A DNA stretch of 64,000 bases from a virus. The translations under genes and the position numbers were made by a program. Below, piece by piece: positions 17,940 through 28,648 of the stretch (position 1 is the first letter of the stretch; each line of letters opens with the position of its first letter). The notes under the pieces were generated by a model, which saw only the letters and a list, made by a program, of their open reading frames with translations, was not told the DNA's origin and did no database searches. The stretch lies in the IMG/VR virus record IMGVR_UViG_3300027798_006580. One strand, written 5' to 3'.

Positions 17940-18407
17940 ATGCCATGGATTGAAAACGTAGCCGCAGATGATATCCCAAAAAGATTCCATCACGAGCCTG
18001 GTGAGAACAGTATGCTGATCAGTATTGTCGATCCAGCAAGCTGGAGACCTATACCTGCTCACAAGTTTAAAGAACAGCATAATTTTGAGTTCCTTGACAT
18101 TGAAAAGAATGACTTTGCATTAGATGAAGCCATGCGTTGTAGCCAAGAGCAGGCCAATGAATTGGTAAGACTACTGCAACACGCCAAGCTCAATAGAATG
18201 AATGTTGTCGTTCATTGCTATGCAGGCATTTGTCGTAGTGGCGCGGTCTGCGAAGTCGGAGTGATGATGGGTTTTGAAGATACTGGACGATTCCGTAGCC
18301 CTAACTTACTTGTCAAGCATCGCATGATGAAAGCACTGGGATGGACTTATGATGAAGATGAAAAGCCCAACATTGATGATTGGCGAACTTTTAAAAATAA
18401 TATATAA
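17940..18407 (+). CDS. protein-tyrosine/dual-specificity phosphatase-like protein
   Basis: HCYAGICRS (CX5R); own TTGACT-N17-TATAAT promoter at 17893-17921. Confidence 0.8.
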   Translation: MPWIENVAADDIPKRFHHEPGENSMLISIVDPASWRPIPAHKFKEQHNFEFLDIEKNDFALDEAMRCSQEQANELVRLLQHAKLNRMNVVVHCYAGICRSGAVCEVGVMMGFEDTGRFRSPNLLVKHRMMKALGWTYDEDEKPNIDDWRTFKNNI

Positions 18408-18487
18408 AGTTAGTAGTTCGGATCTTTTCGGACATAATTTATTATAAATATATTACATGAATGTGTATTTAAATATTGGAGAATTAT

Positions 18488-19162
18488 ATGTATGATCAAC
18501 TAAAAACTTTGGTAGAAAAAAGAAAAACTCCACGTTTAGTAGAAACTGATAATATATCTGAAGAAAATATTCAAAAAATTCTAGATATTGCAAAATTAGC
18601 ACCCTCTCTTGATCAAAATTATGGATATAAAATCCATGCGTTAACTAATAGTACAGCCGGTATAGAAAAAAAAGAAGCTTTGTTAAAATATTATAGATGT
18701 ATGAATGGCGACGGCACACATCCAAAAATAACAGATCCGTATAGTGGCAGAGAAATGATACAACCAATTTTAAGTGGATTAAGTTTGGTATTTGTAGTTA
18801 CGCCTAAACGAGCTGTTACTATGAAGACCAATGGTATAGATACTTTGATTTTTTGTATCAGGGATGCAATGATATCGGCAACTTATGCCATGATGGCCGC
18901 AGAAAGCCTTGGCTTCAAAGCAGGAGTGTTTGGTAATGTAGATAATAACGGTTTAGAACATTACCCCAGCGCAACAGCATTGTTCAGTGATGCACCCGGA
19001 GCTAGAATTATATTAACAGTTACAGTGGCTAATAAACTAGTTTCCATTCCAGAAGTTGATGAGAATGGCCGGCATTGGTTTGATTACAAAGGAGAACGTC
19101 CTTATGTTTTACCCAATAAACACCAACAGAAAACTGTAATGCCCGAAGTTATCATGACATGA
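18488..19162 (+). CDS. nitroreductase-like protein
   Basis: KRKTPR...AKLAPS...YAMMAAESLG. Confidence 0.65.
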   Translation: MYDQLKTLVEKRKTPRLVETDNISEENIQKILDIAKLAPSLDQNYGYKIHALTNSTAGIEKKEALLKYYRCMNGDGTHPKITDPYSGREMIQPILSGLSLVFVVTPKRAVTMKTNGIDTLIFCIRDAMISATYAMMAAESLGFKAGVFGNVDNNGLEHYPSATALFSDAPGARIILTVTVANKLVSIPEVDENGRHWFDYKGERPYVLPNKHQQKTVMPEVIMT

Positions 19163-19731
19163 TACCTTTTAAATATATATCAATTAAAGAACATCAACTA
19201 ATTTCTGATAAGTTATATGATTATGTTTTACATCACACTGATGTATTAAAAAACGCATCTCCTTGGACTACTTTAAAAAAGGATGATGTTTTAAAATTTG
19301 TTCCTGAGTTAGCAGTTGAATTAAGAAAAATAGTCGATGCAGATATAGAAATGATTTCTATAATACATAGAAAGCCCAAAGTTTACGGGGGTGTACACAT
19401 AGACTCTGGTGGCCTTATTAGGATGTTATTTCCGGTTAGAAATTGTGCAGGATCTTATACTAAGTTTTTTGATTTGAACGGAAACAGTGTCATCGAAAAA
19501 AAAGGCAATGAAGGAGACACATTCTTTGCTATAAGCCAATATGACGCAGTCAATGACTGTATTATTGGAAACGGAAATCCGTTAAAGGAAATTTGTGCAG
19601 CCGAATTAATTTCCCCAATCGTGTTTGATTCAGGAATAGCCCACGGTGTGTACACAAATCCCGATTGTCTAGGACCCCGGCTAACTGCCACCATTGCGTT
19701 CACCAAAGATATAAAATATTTACTACAATAA
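19159..19731 (+). CDS. 2OG-Fe(II)/cupin oxygenase-like protein
   Basis: VHID...AHGV...RLTATI. Confidence 0.7.
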   Translation: MIPFKYISIKEHQLISDKLYDYVLHHTDVLKNASPWTTLKKDDVLKFVPELAVELRKIVDADIEMISIIHRKPKVYGGVHIDSGGLIRMLFPVRNCAGSYTKFFDLNGNSVIEKKGNEGDTFFAISQYDAVNDCIIGNGNPLKEICAAELISPIVFDSGIAHGVYTNPDCLGPRLTATIAFTKDIKYLLQ

Positions 19732-19819
19732 TAACTTATTGCATGTAATTGTTTTTCAATAATATTGACATATATCAGTGTATATGTTAAAATACAAATT
19801 CAAATGAAAGGAGCAATAT

Positions 19820-20422
19820 ATGCCCAGTGTATTTTTAGTCAGCGACACGCATTTCGGTCACACCGGAGTATGTCGCTTCACACGCAACGACGGAGTTACA
19901 AAACTTCGCCCATGGGACGATGCCGACGAAATGGACGAAGAAATGATCCGTCGTTGGAATGACAGCGTTCGACCCAACGACAAAGTTTATCACCTGGGCG
20001 ATGTTGTCATTAACCGTAAGTCATTGAAAACTCTTGCTCGTCTAAACGGCGACAAGGTGCTAATTCGTGGCAACCACGACATCTTTCGAGATGACGAGTA
20101 TAGAGAATACTTTCGAGAACTACGTGCTTACCATGTTATGAACGGAATGATACTTAGCCATATTCCTGTACACAGTGATAGCTTAGGTCGTTTTGGCACT
20201 AACATTCACGGACACTTACACGCAAATCGTGTACGTAAGGCCCGCGGAGTCGATGCACGTACCGGAGAAATCTTATACAGTGACGAACCGGATGTACGCT
20301 ATCATTGTGTTTGTGTAGAGCAAACTGACTTTGCTCCTATCTTATTTGAAGATGTTATCAAACGTATTGAAGAAGAAGGCGGAAGTGTAGGTTTTAAAAA
20401 CGGCAATAATACTATTACATAA
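19820..20422 (+). CDS. calcineurin-like phosphoesterase
   Basis: SDTHFGH, HLGD, GNHD, HGHLH; sigma70 promoter at 19765-19793. Confidence 0.9.
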   Translation: MPSVFLVSDTHFGHTGVCRFTRNDGVTKLRPWDDADEMDEEMIRRWNDSVRPNDKVYHLGDVVINRKSLKTLARLNGDKVLIRGNHDIFRDDEYREYFRELRAYHVMNGMILSHIPVHSDSLGRFGTNIHGHLHANRVRKARGVDARTGEILYSDEPDVRYHCVCVEQTDFAPILFEDVIKRIEEEGGSVGFKNGNNTIT

Positions 20423-20458
20423 TAGTATTATACAATTTTACTTGAAAGAAATATTAAA

Positions 20459-21274
20459 ATGAAATATCTAATTAGTTTACTAATGTTTTTAATTAGTGGA
20501 TGTGTCAGTGTTAATTCGTCTGGTATGTCTAGGCAGACTGTAGATTCAACAACAGTTGACATTATTATTACTAACAATAATGGCCCTACAATACTATACA
20601 TTCCTGGGTGTAATGGATTAGATAAATCAGGCAAACAGTATCAGCAATATCATTTGAAAAAATTCCAAGAAGTATGGCCCAGCGCCAACATTGTCATATC
20701 GCAGTATGTGAATGACTATACTAAAGGTGAAACTGGCGGGAAGTGTGATTGGTCTGATGATAATGTCAAACTTATTGGAAAACAAATTAGTAATCAAGCC
20801 GAACATACTCAGAAACTTGGAGATTGGATCAAAACACAGCCGTGGTCCAATGGTGATGTTCATTTGTTCGGATTTAGTTATGGCGGCGCTGTTGGTTTAT
20901 GGGCACCTGCTCATAACCGCTCTACTGTTACCGGTAAGCCTTATCTGTTTAAAACAGTGGCCTTAATTTGGCCAGATTGTAGGCCGCGCCGCCAGTTTTT
21001 TGGAAATATACATACACCCTTGCGTATTTGGTCAACTGAACTCGATCCGTTGAGTATTCCTAATAATTGTTCATCTTTTTATACAGACAGTGATAAAAAA
21101 TTATCATTGAAGCTTTATCCGGGCGATACACACAGTTGGATGACATCCCCTAACTTTACTCCGTTTACTAGGTACTGGCCCAATCAAAAAGTTCATGTCC
21201 GCCATGAGTTTAAAAAGGAATGGGCAGATGAAACTTTTAGAGAGTGGCAACAGTGGGCGTTGCAACCAAACTAA
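20459..21274 (+). CDS. lipoprotein alpha/beta hydrolase (dienelactone hydrolase-like)
   Basis: lipobox ISGC; GFSYGG nucleophile elbow; D and H (YPGDTHS). Confidence 0.7.
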   Translation: MKYLISLLMFLISGCVSVNSSGMSRQTVDSTTVDIIITNNNGPTILYIPGCNGLDKSGKQYQQYHLKKFQEVWPSANIVISQYVNDYTKGETGGKCDWSDDNVKLIGKQISNQAEHTQKLGDWIKTQPWSNGDVHLFGFSYGGAVGLWAPAHNRSTVTGKPYLFKTVALIWPDCRPRRQFFGNIHTPLRIWSTELDPLSIPNNCSSFYTDSDKKLSLKLYPGDTHSWMTSPNFTPFTRYWPNQKVHVRHEFKKEWADETFREWQQWALQPN

Positions 21275-21320
21275 TAAGAGTTTTAATTATAAGTATTTGA
21301 TAACTAACATTGGAGAAATT

Positions 21321-21548
21321 ATGACAGATCAAGAAAAATTCGACTTTCTAAGATCAGCTTTTACAGACCTTTTTAAAAAGGAAATGCCAGACGTTACTAG
21401 ACTCACACCGCTTCAAGATCTGGGATTAGATAGTTTGGATATTGTAGAACTACAACTAGAATTCGAAGAACGTTACAGTGTAGAAATCTCAGATCCTAAA
21501 AATGATATTAAAACAGTGGGCGATTTGTTAGATCATTTGGCAATGTAA
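21321..21548 (+). CDS. acpP: acyl carrier protein
   Basis: DLGLDSLDIVEL phosphopantetheine site, IKTVGD; SD ggag. Confidence 0.9.
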   Translation: MTDQEKFDFLRSAFTDLFKKEMPDVTRLTPLQDLGLDSLDIVELQLEFEERYSVEISDPKNDIKTVGDLLDHLAM

Positions 21549-21549
21549 T

Positions 21550-22368
21550 ATGCAGTCTAGTGATGAACTTTATACCAGTAGAATTAAACCAATTAGAGAT
21601 GATTTTGTTTCTAGTATAATTTCATCGGCAACGGCCGAAACGTTTAGTCCCTATGATAAAGAATTCAATTGGGCTGAACGCATCGGTCCAATTAAGCGTT
21701 TACAAATTACCACTCTGCGCTGGTCTGCGAATTGGTTAACTGGTTTAGAAAAATTCCCTTTTATGTATGTTACTGATGGTAACACCGATTATCTAATCAG
21801 CCTATTTAATCGCAGTTACAATATAGCATGGAATAAGGATGACTATAGTTATTACCAACATTGGCATAGTGCAACAGGCAGACCCTATACAGAGTTATCT
21901 GAACCTGCAGATGTCGACGACTTAGTAGTATCCTGGCCAGGATATAATTATGGTGATAATACTGAATTAACATTTGCCAATCAATGCACTGCTAAAAGAA
22001 TGCATTTAGACTGCGCTTATTTGGGTATGGTAAAGCCCACTAATCTAGATGTCAGTAATTTTGAAACCGTTGGGATTAGTTTTAGTAAAACATTGTCAAT
22101 TCCGTATAATCGAATAGGCGTGTGCTTTAGTAAAACAGAAATAAAAGACATATCTTTATTGAATAAGATAGGCTACGTAAACTTATCCGGAGTTAAGCTG
22201 GCAACTCATATTATGAGTAAACTACCACCTGATTATTTTTGGAATACTTACGGTGGCGACAGATTGACTGCTATGTGCGAAAAACACGGACTAACAAAAA
22301 CAGACAGCATATTGATTGCCTATAAAAATGGCAAAAGAGTTGGCACTGCTCCTTACTGGCAGGAATAA
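21550..22368 (+). CDS. PLP-dependent (fold type I) enzyme
   Basis: LDCAY and SFSKTL...RIG motifs. Confidence 0.7.
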   Translation: MQSSDELYTSRIKPIRDDFVSSIISSATAETFSPYDKEFNWAERIGPIKRLQITTLRWSANWLTGLEKFPFMYVTDGNTDYLISLFNRSYNIAWNKDDYSYYQHWHSATGRPYTELSEPADVDDLVVSWPGYNYGDNTELTFANQCTAKRMHLDCAYLGMVKPTNLDVSNFETVGISFSKTLSIPYNRIGVCFSKTEIKDISLLNKIGYVNLSGVKLATHIMSKLPPDYFWNTYGGDRLTAMCEKHGLTKTDSILIAYKNGKRVGTAPYWQE

Positions 22369-22376
22369 ATAATTGC

Positions 22377-23024
22377 ATGAAAGAAACTTTTTTATTTAAA
22401 ATTCTAGAAATAGAAAATATCAGTATTTTAGAACAAGAGCTGGCTGTTTTTTATAAGCGGCACAGAACTGTTGGAGTAGTAAATCGTAAAAATAAAGACG
22501 GTAATACAATTATGATATTATCCGATCCCAACAACCCCGAAGCTGATAGTTTGGGTCCATTGGAAAAATTTACATTTGTTCATTTAGATTCTAATCGTGT
22601 AATGAATCATTTGCCAGAATTACAAAAATATTTTATTAAAAATAATTTAGGTGACATCGAACGCATAGCCTATGTAAGCACTCCCCCACATTCAATAAAT
22701 GCAACACACATGGATCAGGGACCAGAAATTCTGGCATTAAATTTTCCATTAACAGATTGTTCTAGTTCTTATACTCAATTTTTAAAAAACAACGGACGAT
22801 TAGAAGCAGTGGAGTTAATAGACATTGTTAAAGGAACCAAAGAGAAACGAAAGTTTATGAAGTTTGTCACCGACGATCCCATTGAAGTTGGAAGATACAC
22901 ACTAAATGGGCCAGTGATGTTAAATATAAAACAACCACACGGAGTTATTAATTACGGACCAGTGCTTAGAGCCGGAATAAGTTTTAGATTTAAAAAAGAC
23001 CCTTGGCATCTTGTTGGAGAGTAA
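22377..23024 (+). CDS. 2OG-Fe(II)/cupin oxygenase-like protein
   Basis: HMD...PHGVIN...RAGISFRF. Confidence 0.7.
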   Translation: MKETFLFKILEIENISILEQELAVFYKRHRTVGVVNRKNKDGNTIMILSDPNNPEADSLGPLEKFTFVHLDSNRVMNHLPELQKYFIKNNLGDIERIAYVSTPPHSINATHMDQGPEILALNFPLTDCSSSYTQFLKNNGRLEAVELIDIVKGTKEKRKFMKFVTDDPIEVGRYTLNGPVMLNIKQPHGVINYGPVLRAGISFRFKKDPWHLVGE

Positions 23025-23026
23025 AA

Positions 23027-23830
23027 ATGTTAAAATATAATTTAAAAATGGTATCTGACACCCCGCTGGAAGTAATGCCAAAAGAACTAGTAGATAGGAT
23101 ATTAGAGTGGCATGACAGTAAGAAACATAAACTTGATAATATTGGCGCAAGCACATTGGATTATCCTTGGGCAAGTTCACATATTAGAAATGACGTAGAT
23201 ATCAACGATCCTGTGAGAGTGGACAACTCAATTCCAGGAAATCCGTGGAATAATGAATTTGTTGTTAAATTTCCCGAAGCTTTGCATTATTTTAATCAAT
23301 TGCCATTGACTTATATTGAAAGAATTGTATTATTAGAATCCACTAAAGAAGTTCTTAGCCATGTAGACCGTAGTAAAAGTCACGTGCCCGATGCTACATG
23401 TGAACCCGCTAGCTATCGAATGCATCTTCGAGGCTGTGAAAAGAAGGGTTTTTATGTACAAGGTAAGCCTATGTCCGAATGGGGCAGTAGACGTGCTATA
23501 GAGCCGGTTAGTGCAGGATTTACACATTTAACTAAACGTTTACCTAAGAAATTTTGGCAAGGAAAAATAGGCAGCTGGTGGCTATTAAATAATTTCTGTG
23601 CCCAACATGGATCTACCTACGAACCGGGTGATAACAAAGTTATTATTTCGGTACAAGGTACTATTGATTCAGTACGGCACAAAAAATTGCTAGAGAACAA
23701 TGAGGACCGAGGATTGAATTGTATCAAGCACGAAGAACTATACAAATACGAAGAACAATATACTCCTGAAGAAAGACGTACATTTGAACATTTGATCAAC
23801 GAAACAAAGTTTAATGAACATGTCTGGTAA
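23027..23830 (+). CDS. 2OG-Fe(II)/cupin oxygenase-like protein
   Basis: HVD...QHGSTY...KVII. Confidence 0.65.
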   Translation: MLKYNLKMVSDTPLEVMPKELVDRILEWHDSKKHKLDNIGASTLDYPWASSHIRNDVDINDPVRVDNSIPGNPWNNEFVVKFPEALHYFNQLPLTYIERIVLLESTKEVLSHVDRSKSHVPDATCEPASYRMHLRGCEKKGFYVQGKPMSEWGSRRAIEPVSAGFTHLTKRLPKKFWQGKIGSWWLLNNFCAQHGSTYEPGDNKVIISVQGTIDSVRHKKLLENNEDRGLNCIKHEELYKYEEQYTPEERRTFEHLINETKFNEHVW

Positions 23831-24560
23831 TTATTTTAAGAATATTGTTGCCTGCGGTGACAGTGTAACCCATGGCTATTATTTAGAAAATGACTATCAT
23901 GATGAAACACACATAGTCAAATCTAATCAAGGATATCCAGAGATTGTGGCAGAAACACTGGGAGCAAGTATTGTAAATTTGTCTAAGCCTGGCGCCAGTA
24001 ATTACTGTATTGCCAAGCAACTAGACTATGCGTTTACACTCCAACCAGACTTTATAATCATAGGACTAACAACTGGTATGAGGTTTGATTATACTACAGA
24101 TATATTTGCAGATAAACACTGGAAAGATAATATTCCTACAATACAAGATTTTGACTACAGAAATCACAGCCGGTCCGAGCACACAAACAATCATGGCCTA
24201 ATCGAATCACAGCCATTGAGCAGTATCGAAACTTATCATGATAGAAAAGATTTAGTAAACTATATTGCAAAATACATAGACATCGACATTAAGCGTGATC
24301 AAGACAGACATATCATAATGGGTATGTTATGGAAACTTGCCGTTAAAAAAATTCCGTATGTAATAGTCGACTGGACCGAAATGATTCTATATGAATATAC
24401 CAGTCGCGCAGTTATAAGAGACTTAAAGTTATCCGAATATCGTAATCTATATCCCTGCGCCGATGGAGTACATTTCAATCAAGAAGGTCATCGCGCGGCA
24501 GCCGCAAGAATTAATAGATTCATAACTGCGTTCTTTCAGCTTAATAAATTAAAAATATGA
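23814..24560 (+). CDS. SGNH/GDSL hydrolase or acyltransferase
   Basis: CGDSVT, NLSKPGASN, DGVHFNQEGH. Confidence 0.85.
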   Translation: MNMSGNYFKNIVACGDSVTHGYYLENDYHDETHIVKSNQGYPEIVAETLGASIVNLSKPGASNYCIAKQLDYAFTLQPDFIIIGLTTGMRFDYTTDIFADKHWKDNIPTIQDFDYRNHSRSEHTNNHGLIESQPLSSIETYHDRKDLVNYIAKYIDIDIKRDQDRHIIMGMLWKLAVKKIPYVIVDWTEMILYEYTSRAVIRDLKLSEYRNLYPCADGVHFNQEGHRAAAARINRFITAFFQLNKLKI

Positions 24561-25201
24561 TACCTATAGAACAAATAATTTCAGTGCCATTGGATTTACC
24601 CAAGTTTGAGCCCGACAGCTGGACAGACTTTTGGCAAGTATGGAATGAAGATGCAAAAATTTTTAAACGTCATCATCCAGATGCAAATGGCAACGGACAA
24701 GTAGAGCCTGGTTGGAAAGGTTTCGTTTGGGAAATAACTGGTAACAAAGATATTCCCATGTTCACTACCACAATCAAAGATTACAGTGATGTATTTCCCA
24801 AGCTACGAGCACGGATTGATGCGCTGCCATTTACTACTCGTAGAATTCAATTTATCAGTAATTACAGAATAATTGGAGAACATCGCGACGGGTTATATCT
24901 TACCAAGGATACAATCGTGGGGCCAACAGCGCCCCGCATAATGTTTTATGATGCCAACACTGAGCCAACTTTTTACTATACTAAAAAAAGATTAGATGCA
25001 AAAAAATATTATCAAACACTACCAGAAGATACAAATTCATTTGCCTTTGATAATGATAGAACATATCATGGAGCAGTTTATGCTAATAGACTTAAAATTA
25101 TGTGCAGTTTAGTAATCAGCGATATTGATCAACCAGCGTGGACTGCGCTATTACAACGGAGTGCAGAAAAATATCAAAGTTACTGCATCACACATTCATG
25201 A
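24557..25201 (+). CDS. 2OG-Fe(II)/cupin oxygenase-like protein
   Basis: HRD...YHGAVY...KIM. Confidence 0.65.
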   Translation: MIPIEQIISVPLDLPKFEPDSWTDFWQVWNEDAKIFKRHHPDANGNGQVEPGWKGFVWEITGNKDIPMFTTTIKDYSDVFPKLRARIDALPFTTRRIQFISNYRIIGEHRDGLYLTKDTIVGPTAPRIMFYDANTEPTFYYTKKRLDAKKYYQTLPEDTNSFAFDNDRTYHGAVYANRLKIMCSLVISDIDQPAWTALLQRSAEKYQSYCITHS

Positions 25202-25722
25202 AAAATAATTTCATATATAAATATTTCGATAATTTACCCAAGGAACAAATACAACAAGAAATAGTTGCTTATCATCGGACAAAAAAATTTCCAATGCATT
25301 TTTATCCCACAGATATACCAGAATTATTATTAAATTTACCCACTATTAATACGTGGTTTAAGGAACAAGGACTTACTGTACACACATGTGCTCATTTAGT
25401 TCAACTAGCACATAGTAAGCAGGCTATACATGTTGATACTGGAAATCAAAATATTGCACTTAATTTTCCAATAGAAGTTATACCTGATGCATATACTGTA
25501 TTTTATAAACTCAAAGGAATAATAGTAGAAAAATTCACTCCAGTTACTAATATAAAATATGCAGAATATATTGATCACGATCTAGAAGAACTGGGCAGAT
25601 ATGTACTCAAACAACCAACATTTATAAACATTAAACTACCACATTCTATTATTAATAAATCTGATTCAGATAGATATTGTTTTAGTTTTAGATTTAAAGA
25701 GGATCCGTGGCATCTAATTTAG
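25198..25722 (+). CDS. 2OG-Fe(II)/cupin oxygenase-like protein
   Basis: HVD...PHSIIN...RYCFSFRFKEDPWHL; paralog of 22377. Confidence 0.7.
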   Translation: MKNNFIYKYFDNLPKEQIQQEIVAYHRTKKFPMHFYPTDIPELLLNLPTINTWFKEQGLTVHTCAHLVQLAHSKQAIHVDTGNQNIALNFPIEVIPDAYTVFYKLKGIIVEKFTPVTNIKYAEYIDHDLEELGRYVLKQPTFINIKLPHSIINKSDSDRYCFSFRFKEDPWHLI

Positions 25723-26537
25723 ATAAAATATTATTGTTGCGTAGTATATGGAGTTTTAGAGTGCATTGGACTTTAAATCCAAGATCCACTGCCTTGGATT
25801 TATTTTTAAATGCAATTTGCCAATTGTATGCCGCAGACAATTATATAGAATACGGTGCATTCAAAGGCGAGTCTGCGTTTTTTAATACGTCATTGACAAC
25901 ACATGGATATTTGATAGATAATTTTTCACAGGTAAATTATTACAGGGACTTTGATAAACAAAAAATAATTAATTATGATGTTGTTAATAGAAATATACAG
26001 CAATTATTACAAATTAATATGCAACTCATTGGCAATACTAATTATTCTATAATAGACATGGACGTAAAAAATAATGCAATAATAGATAAAGATGCTGGCG
26101 TAATTTTTTGGGACTTGTTTAATAAAAACAGAGATATTGAAGTAGATTGTCTTTTGAATGTAATCAACGATTGTATAACAAAATCAAAAAAAGTTATTAT
26201 TATAGTTGATGACGCAGTACATGAACGCGGAGATGATAATATACTTTTTAATAGAAAATGGAAAAAAATTTATGAAAGTAGAATATCTAAATATTTCACT
26301 CCTTTAGCAGTAACAAGTAACAGGGTGTATCTTTCAAATTTTCAAGTCGACCCTGGATTTAATAAAATTCTACAATTATTTGAAAAAATAAAATATATCA
26401 AACAACAGCAACCATCCAAGACATCTGAATTATACGGTCAACCTATATATGATTCTATTATAGATTTTTCGTCCATGGAGTTTATTGAAAATGATCAGTT
26501 ATGGGCAGACTTATCTAAATGCTTGTCAAATATATAA
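25707..26537 (+). CDS. putative class I SAM-dependent methyltransferase
   Basis: IEYGAFKGES motif I; IIIVDD. Confidence 0.55.
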   Translation: MASNLDKILLLRSIWSFRVHWTLNPRSTALDLFLNAICQLYAADNYIEYGAFKGESAFFNTSLTTHGYLIDNFSQVNYYRDFDKQKIINYDVVNRNIQQLLQINMQLIGNTNYSIIDMDVKNNAIIDKDAGVIFWDLFNKNRDIEVDCLLNVINDCITKSKKVIIIVDDAVHERGDDNILFNRKWKKIYESRISKYFTPLAVTSNRVYLSNFQVDPGFNKILQLFEKIKYIKQQQPSKTSELYGQPIYDSIIDFSSMEFIENDQLWADLSKCLSNI

Positions 26538-26558
26538 ATTTAATTATAAATACATATA

Positions 26559-27191
26559 ATGAACAATTTATCGACTATTAGTTATTTTATACCCAATCTG
26601 CCTAGGCTAGAATTGGATAAAGATAAATTTTGGGCTTGGTGGGACTGCGTAAACATTCCCATTAATAGAACACAAAAAGACAGCAGAGGAAACGGCAGTG
26701 GCTATAACGGTGAGTTTTGGGACGGCGTTACCATATGGCAAAAGCCAGACTATCAAAAAACTATAGTATGGAAAGTGAACTATCATCCCAATGAAGAGTT
26801 ATTTTCGCAACTAATCAAAGATGTAATTAAAGCCTTACCCTGGTATGATGTGCAGGGATTGACATTGTGGTCAAACAAAATCGCAATTCCCATGCATCAA
26901 GATGGACTACCGCGTGATCCATTTCCCAGTGCTCCTAGAATTGCATTATTCGATGACTGTGAAAATAGAACTTTTTTTCTTTTTGAAAAAACAAAACTTA
27001 AGAAGTCCTTTCCTGATTTAACAACAGGCCCAAACTTATTTTTCTTCAACAACGAAAATTGTTTCCATGGTGCCACAGCACCTATTAACGGACGTAAAAT
27101 TCTAATTAGAATAGACGGGCCATTAGTGGATACTGATGGATTTAAAGAATATATAAAATTACAACTAGAGCAAGGTGCTATACATGAGTGA
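26559..27191 (+). CDS. 2OG-Fe(II)/cupin oxygenase-like protein
   Basis: HQD...FHGA...KILIRIDG. Confidence 0.65.
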   Translation: MNNLSTISYFIPNLPRLELDKDKFWAWWDCVNIPINRTQKDSRGNGSGYNGEFWDGVTIWQKPDYQKTIVWKVNYHPNEELFSQLIKDVIKALPWYDVQGLTLWSNKIAIPMHQDGLPRDPFPSAPRIALFDDCENRTFFLFEKTKLKKSFPDLTTGPNLFFFNNENCFHGATAPINGRKILIRIDGPLVDTDGFKEYIKLQLEQGAIHE

Positions 27192-27975
27192 AAAATTATT
27201 GTTTACTCGAAACCGTGTGAGGACTTGGGCAAATAAATTACATGATATTTCTGTTACAGATATAGAATCACAATGGGGTAAGTATTGTCTGACACCGCTA
27301 GATATTCCCAATGTAAATGTAGACGGTATTGCCGAATGGTTCTTTGACAGAAAGAAGCCGGTTGTCAAACGTGTGGCAGATATTGCTGGCGGCCAGCCCG
27401 GGCAAGGTGACTATAATAGTGTCGACATTAACCTGTCTTCGATTCCACTAAGTTACTGGACACGCAATGAAGAACATAATTTTTTAGAAGAGTTTCCTTA
27501 CTTTGTTGATCAGTTAATGGATTTATTTCCTTTTAAAAAGATCCATATGTTTAGATTCTGGGAAAGTACCAAATCAATTGGTCTGCACAGGGATGACAAT
27601 GATTTTAGAGATTTCCCTAATAATTTTAGAACGATGGTATACGATGAAAATCCAGATTCAACTTTATTCTCGGAAGAATGGTTACCTGATGCAACCGTTG
27701 CAACTGGCCAGCGTAAATTTATTCCCAGATTGTCAGAAACAAATAGTTGGGCTTGGAATAATTTAAGAACTAGGCACGGCAGCACTTATGATCCTAATTA
27801 TAAAAAGATCTTGCTGATTGTCAGCGGATTTGAAATTGACGGAAATAAATACAATAGGATAATGCAACACAGTATAAACAAATATTCAGAATATGTTATG
27901 ACTAGTGAAAGAGATAAAACAGATTATATTATACCAATAAGTGATCATGCACTAAAAAAATTAGAAAAATTATAA
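27184..27975 (+). CDS. 2OG-Fe(II)/cupin oxygenase-like protein
   Basis: HRD...RHGSTY...KILL. Confidence 0.65.
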   Translation: MSEKLLFTRNRVRTWANKLHDISVTDIESQWGKYCLTPLDIPNVNVDGIAEWFFDRKKPVVKRVADIAGGQPGQGDYNSVDINLSSIPLSYWTRNEEHNFLEEFPYFVDQLMDLFPFKKIHMFRFWESTKSIGLHRDDNDFRDFPNNFRTMVYDENPDSTLFSEEWLPDATVATGQRKFIPRLSETNSWAWNNLRTRHGSTYDPNYKKILLIVSGFEIDGNKYNRIMQHSINKYSEYVMTSERDKTDYIIPISDHALKKLEKL

Positions 27976-27985
27976 AGGAAGAACA

Positions 27986-28648
27986 ATGGATCTAAGTAAA
28001 ATAGGATATTTCATCCCGGACGTCGACCCGTTACTGCCGCATGACATGGACAAATTTTGGGATATATGGAAGCACTACAAAGAACCATTAACTAAAGTAA
28101 AAGCAGATGGTATTGAATCTAGCACAGGTAATGACTTAAAATCATTGTACGACGAGGCCAACTTTGAAGGTATGGTTACTTGGTTGAAAACAGATGCTTA
28201 CCTAAAAGGCAGCACGTGGAAACAAAATGTAGTATTAGAACCCAGTCTATGGGATCCATATGTAGAAGCATTAGAAGAAAAAATGCCTTGGTATGAATGC
28301 GATTCTATTATACTATGGGCCGCAATTAAACCTGTATATTTTCACATAGATCCTGCTCCAATGGCGCCAGCACCAGTGGCTGTTAGAAGTTTAATATACG
28401 ATACTAATCCAAGTCCTACATTCAAATTACGCCATGGACCGGCTGGCGAAGAACGTTATGTTCCATATAACGCAGAACAAAATTTATTTGCGTTTAACAA
28501 TAGACATTTTTATCATGGCGCAGACTATCATCCTGAATATTACAAAATTTTAATGAAATCATTTGGCAGAGTTAAATATCCAGAATTGTTAGCAAAACAA
28601 ATTAAAGAAACAAAAGAAAAAGGCTTTCCAATTTGGGAGGCAGAATAA
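27986..28648 (+). CDS. 2OG-Fe(II)/cupin oxygenase-like protein
   Basis: HID...YHGADY...KILM. Confidence 0.65.
   Translation: MDLSKIGYFIPDVDPLLPHDMDKFWDIWKHYKEPLTKVKADGIESSTGNDLKSLYDEANFEGMVTWLKTDAYLKGSTWKQNVVLEPSLWDPYVEALEEKMPWYECDSIILWAAIKPVYFHIDPAPMAPAPVAVRSLIYDTNPSPTFKLRHGPAGEERYVPYNAEQNLFAFNNRHFYHGADYHPEYYKILMKSFGRVKYPELLAKQIKETKEKGFPIWEAE

Noticed and set aside
17874-18080. N-terminal extension of ORF 17322 (similarly 4586, 21195, 39469, 57835)
   Set aside because: The extensions overlap other genes, tRNAs or promoter motifs; internal starts fit SD or TAAATA spacing and homology.
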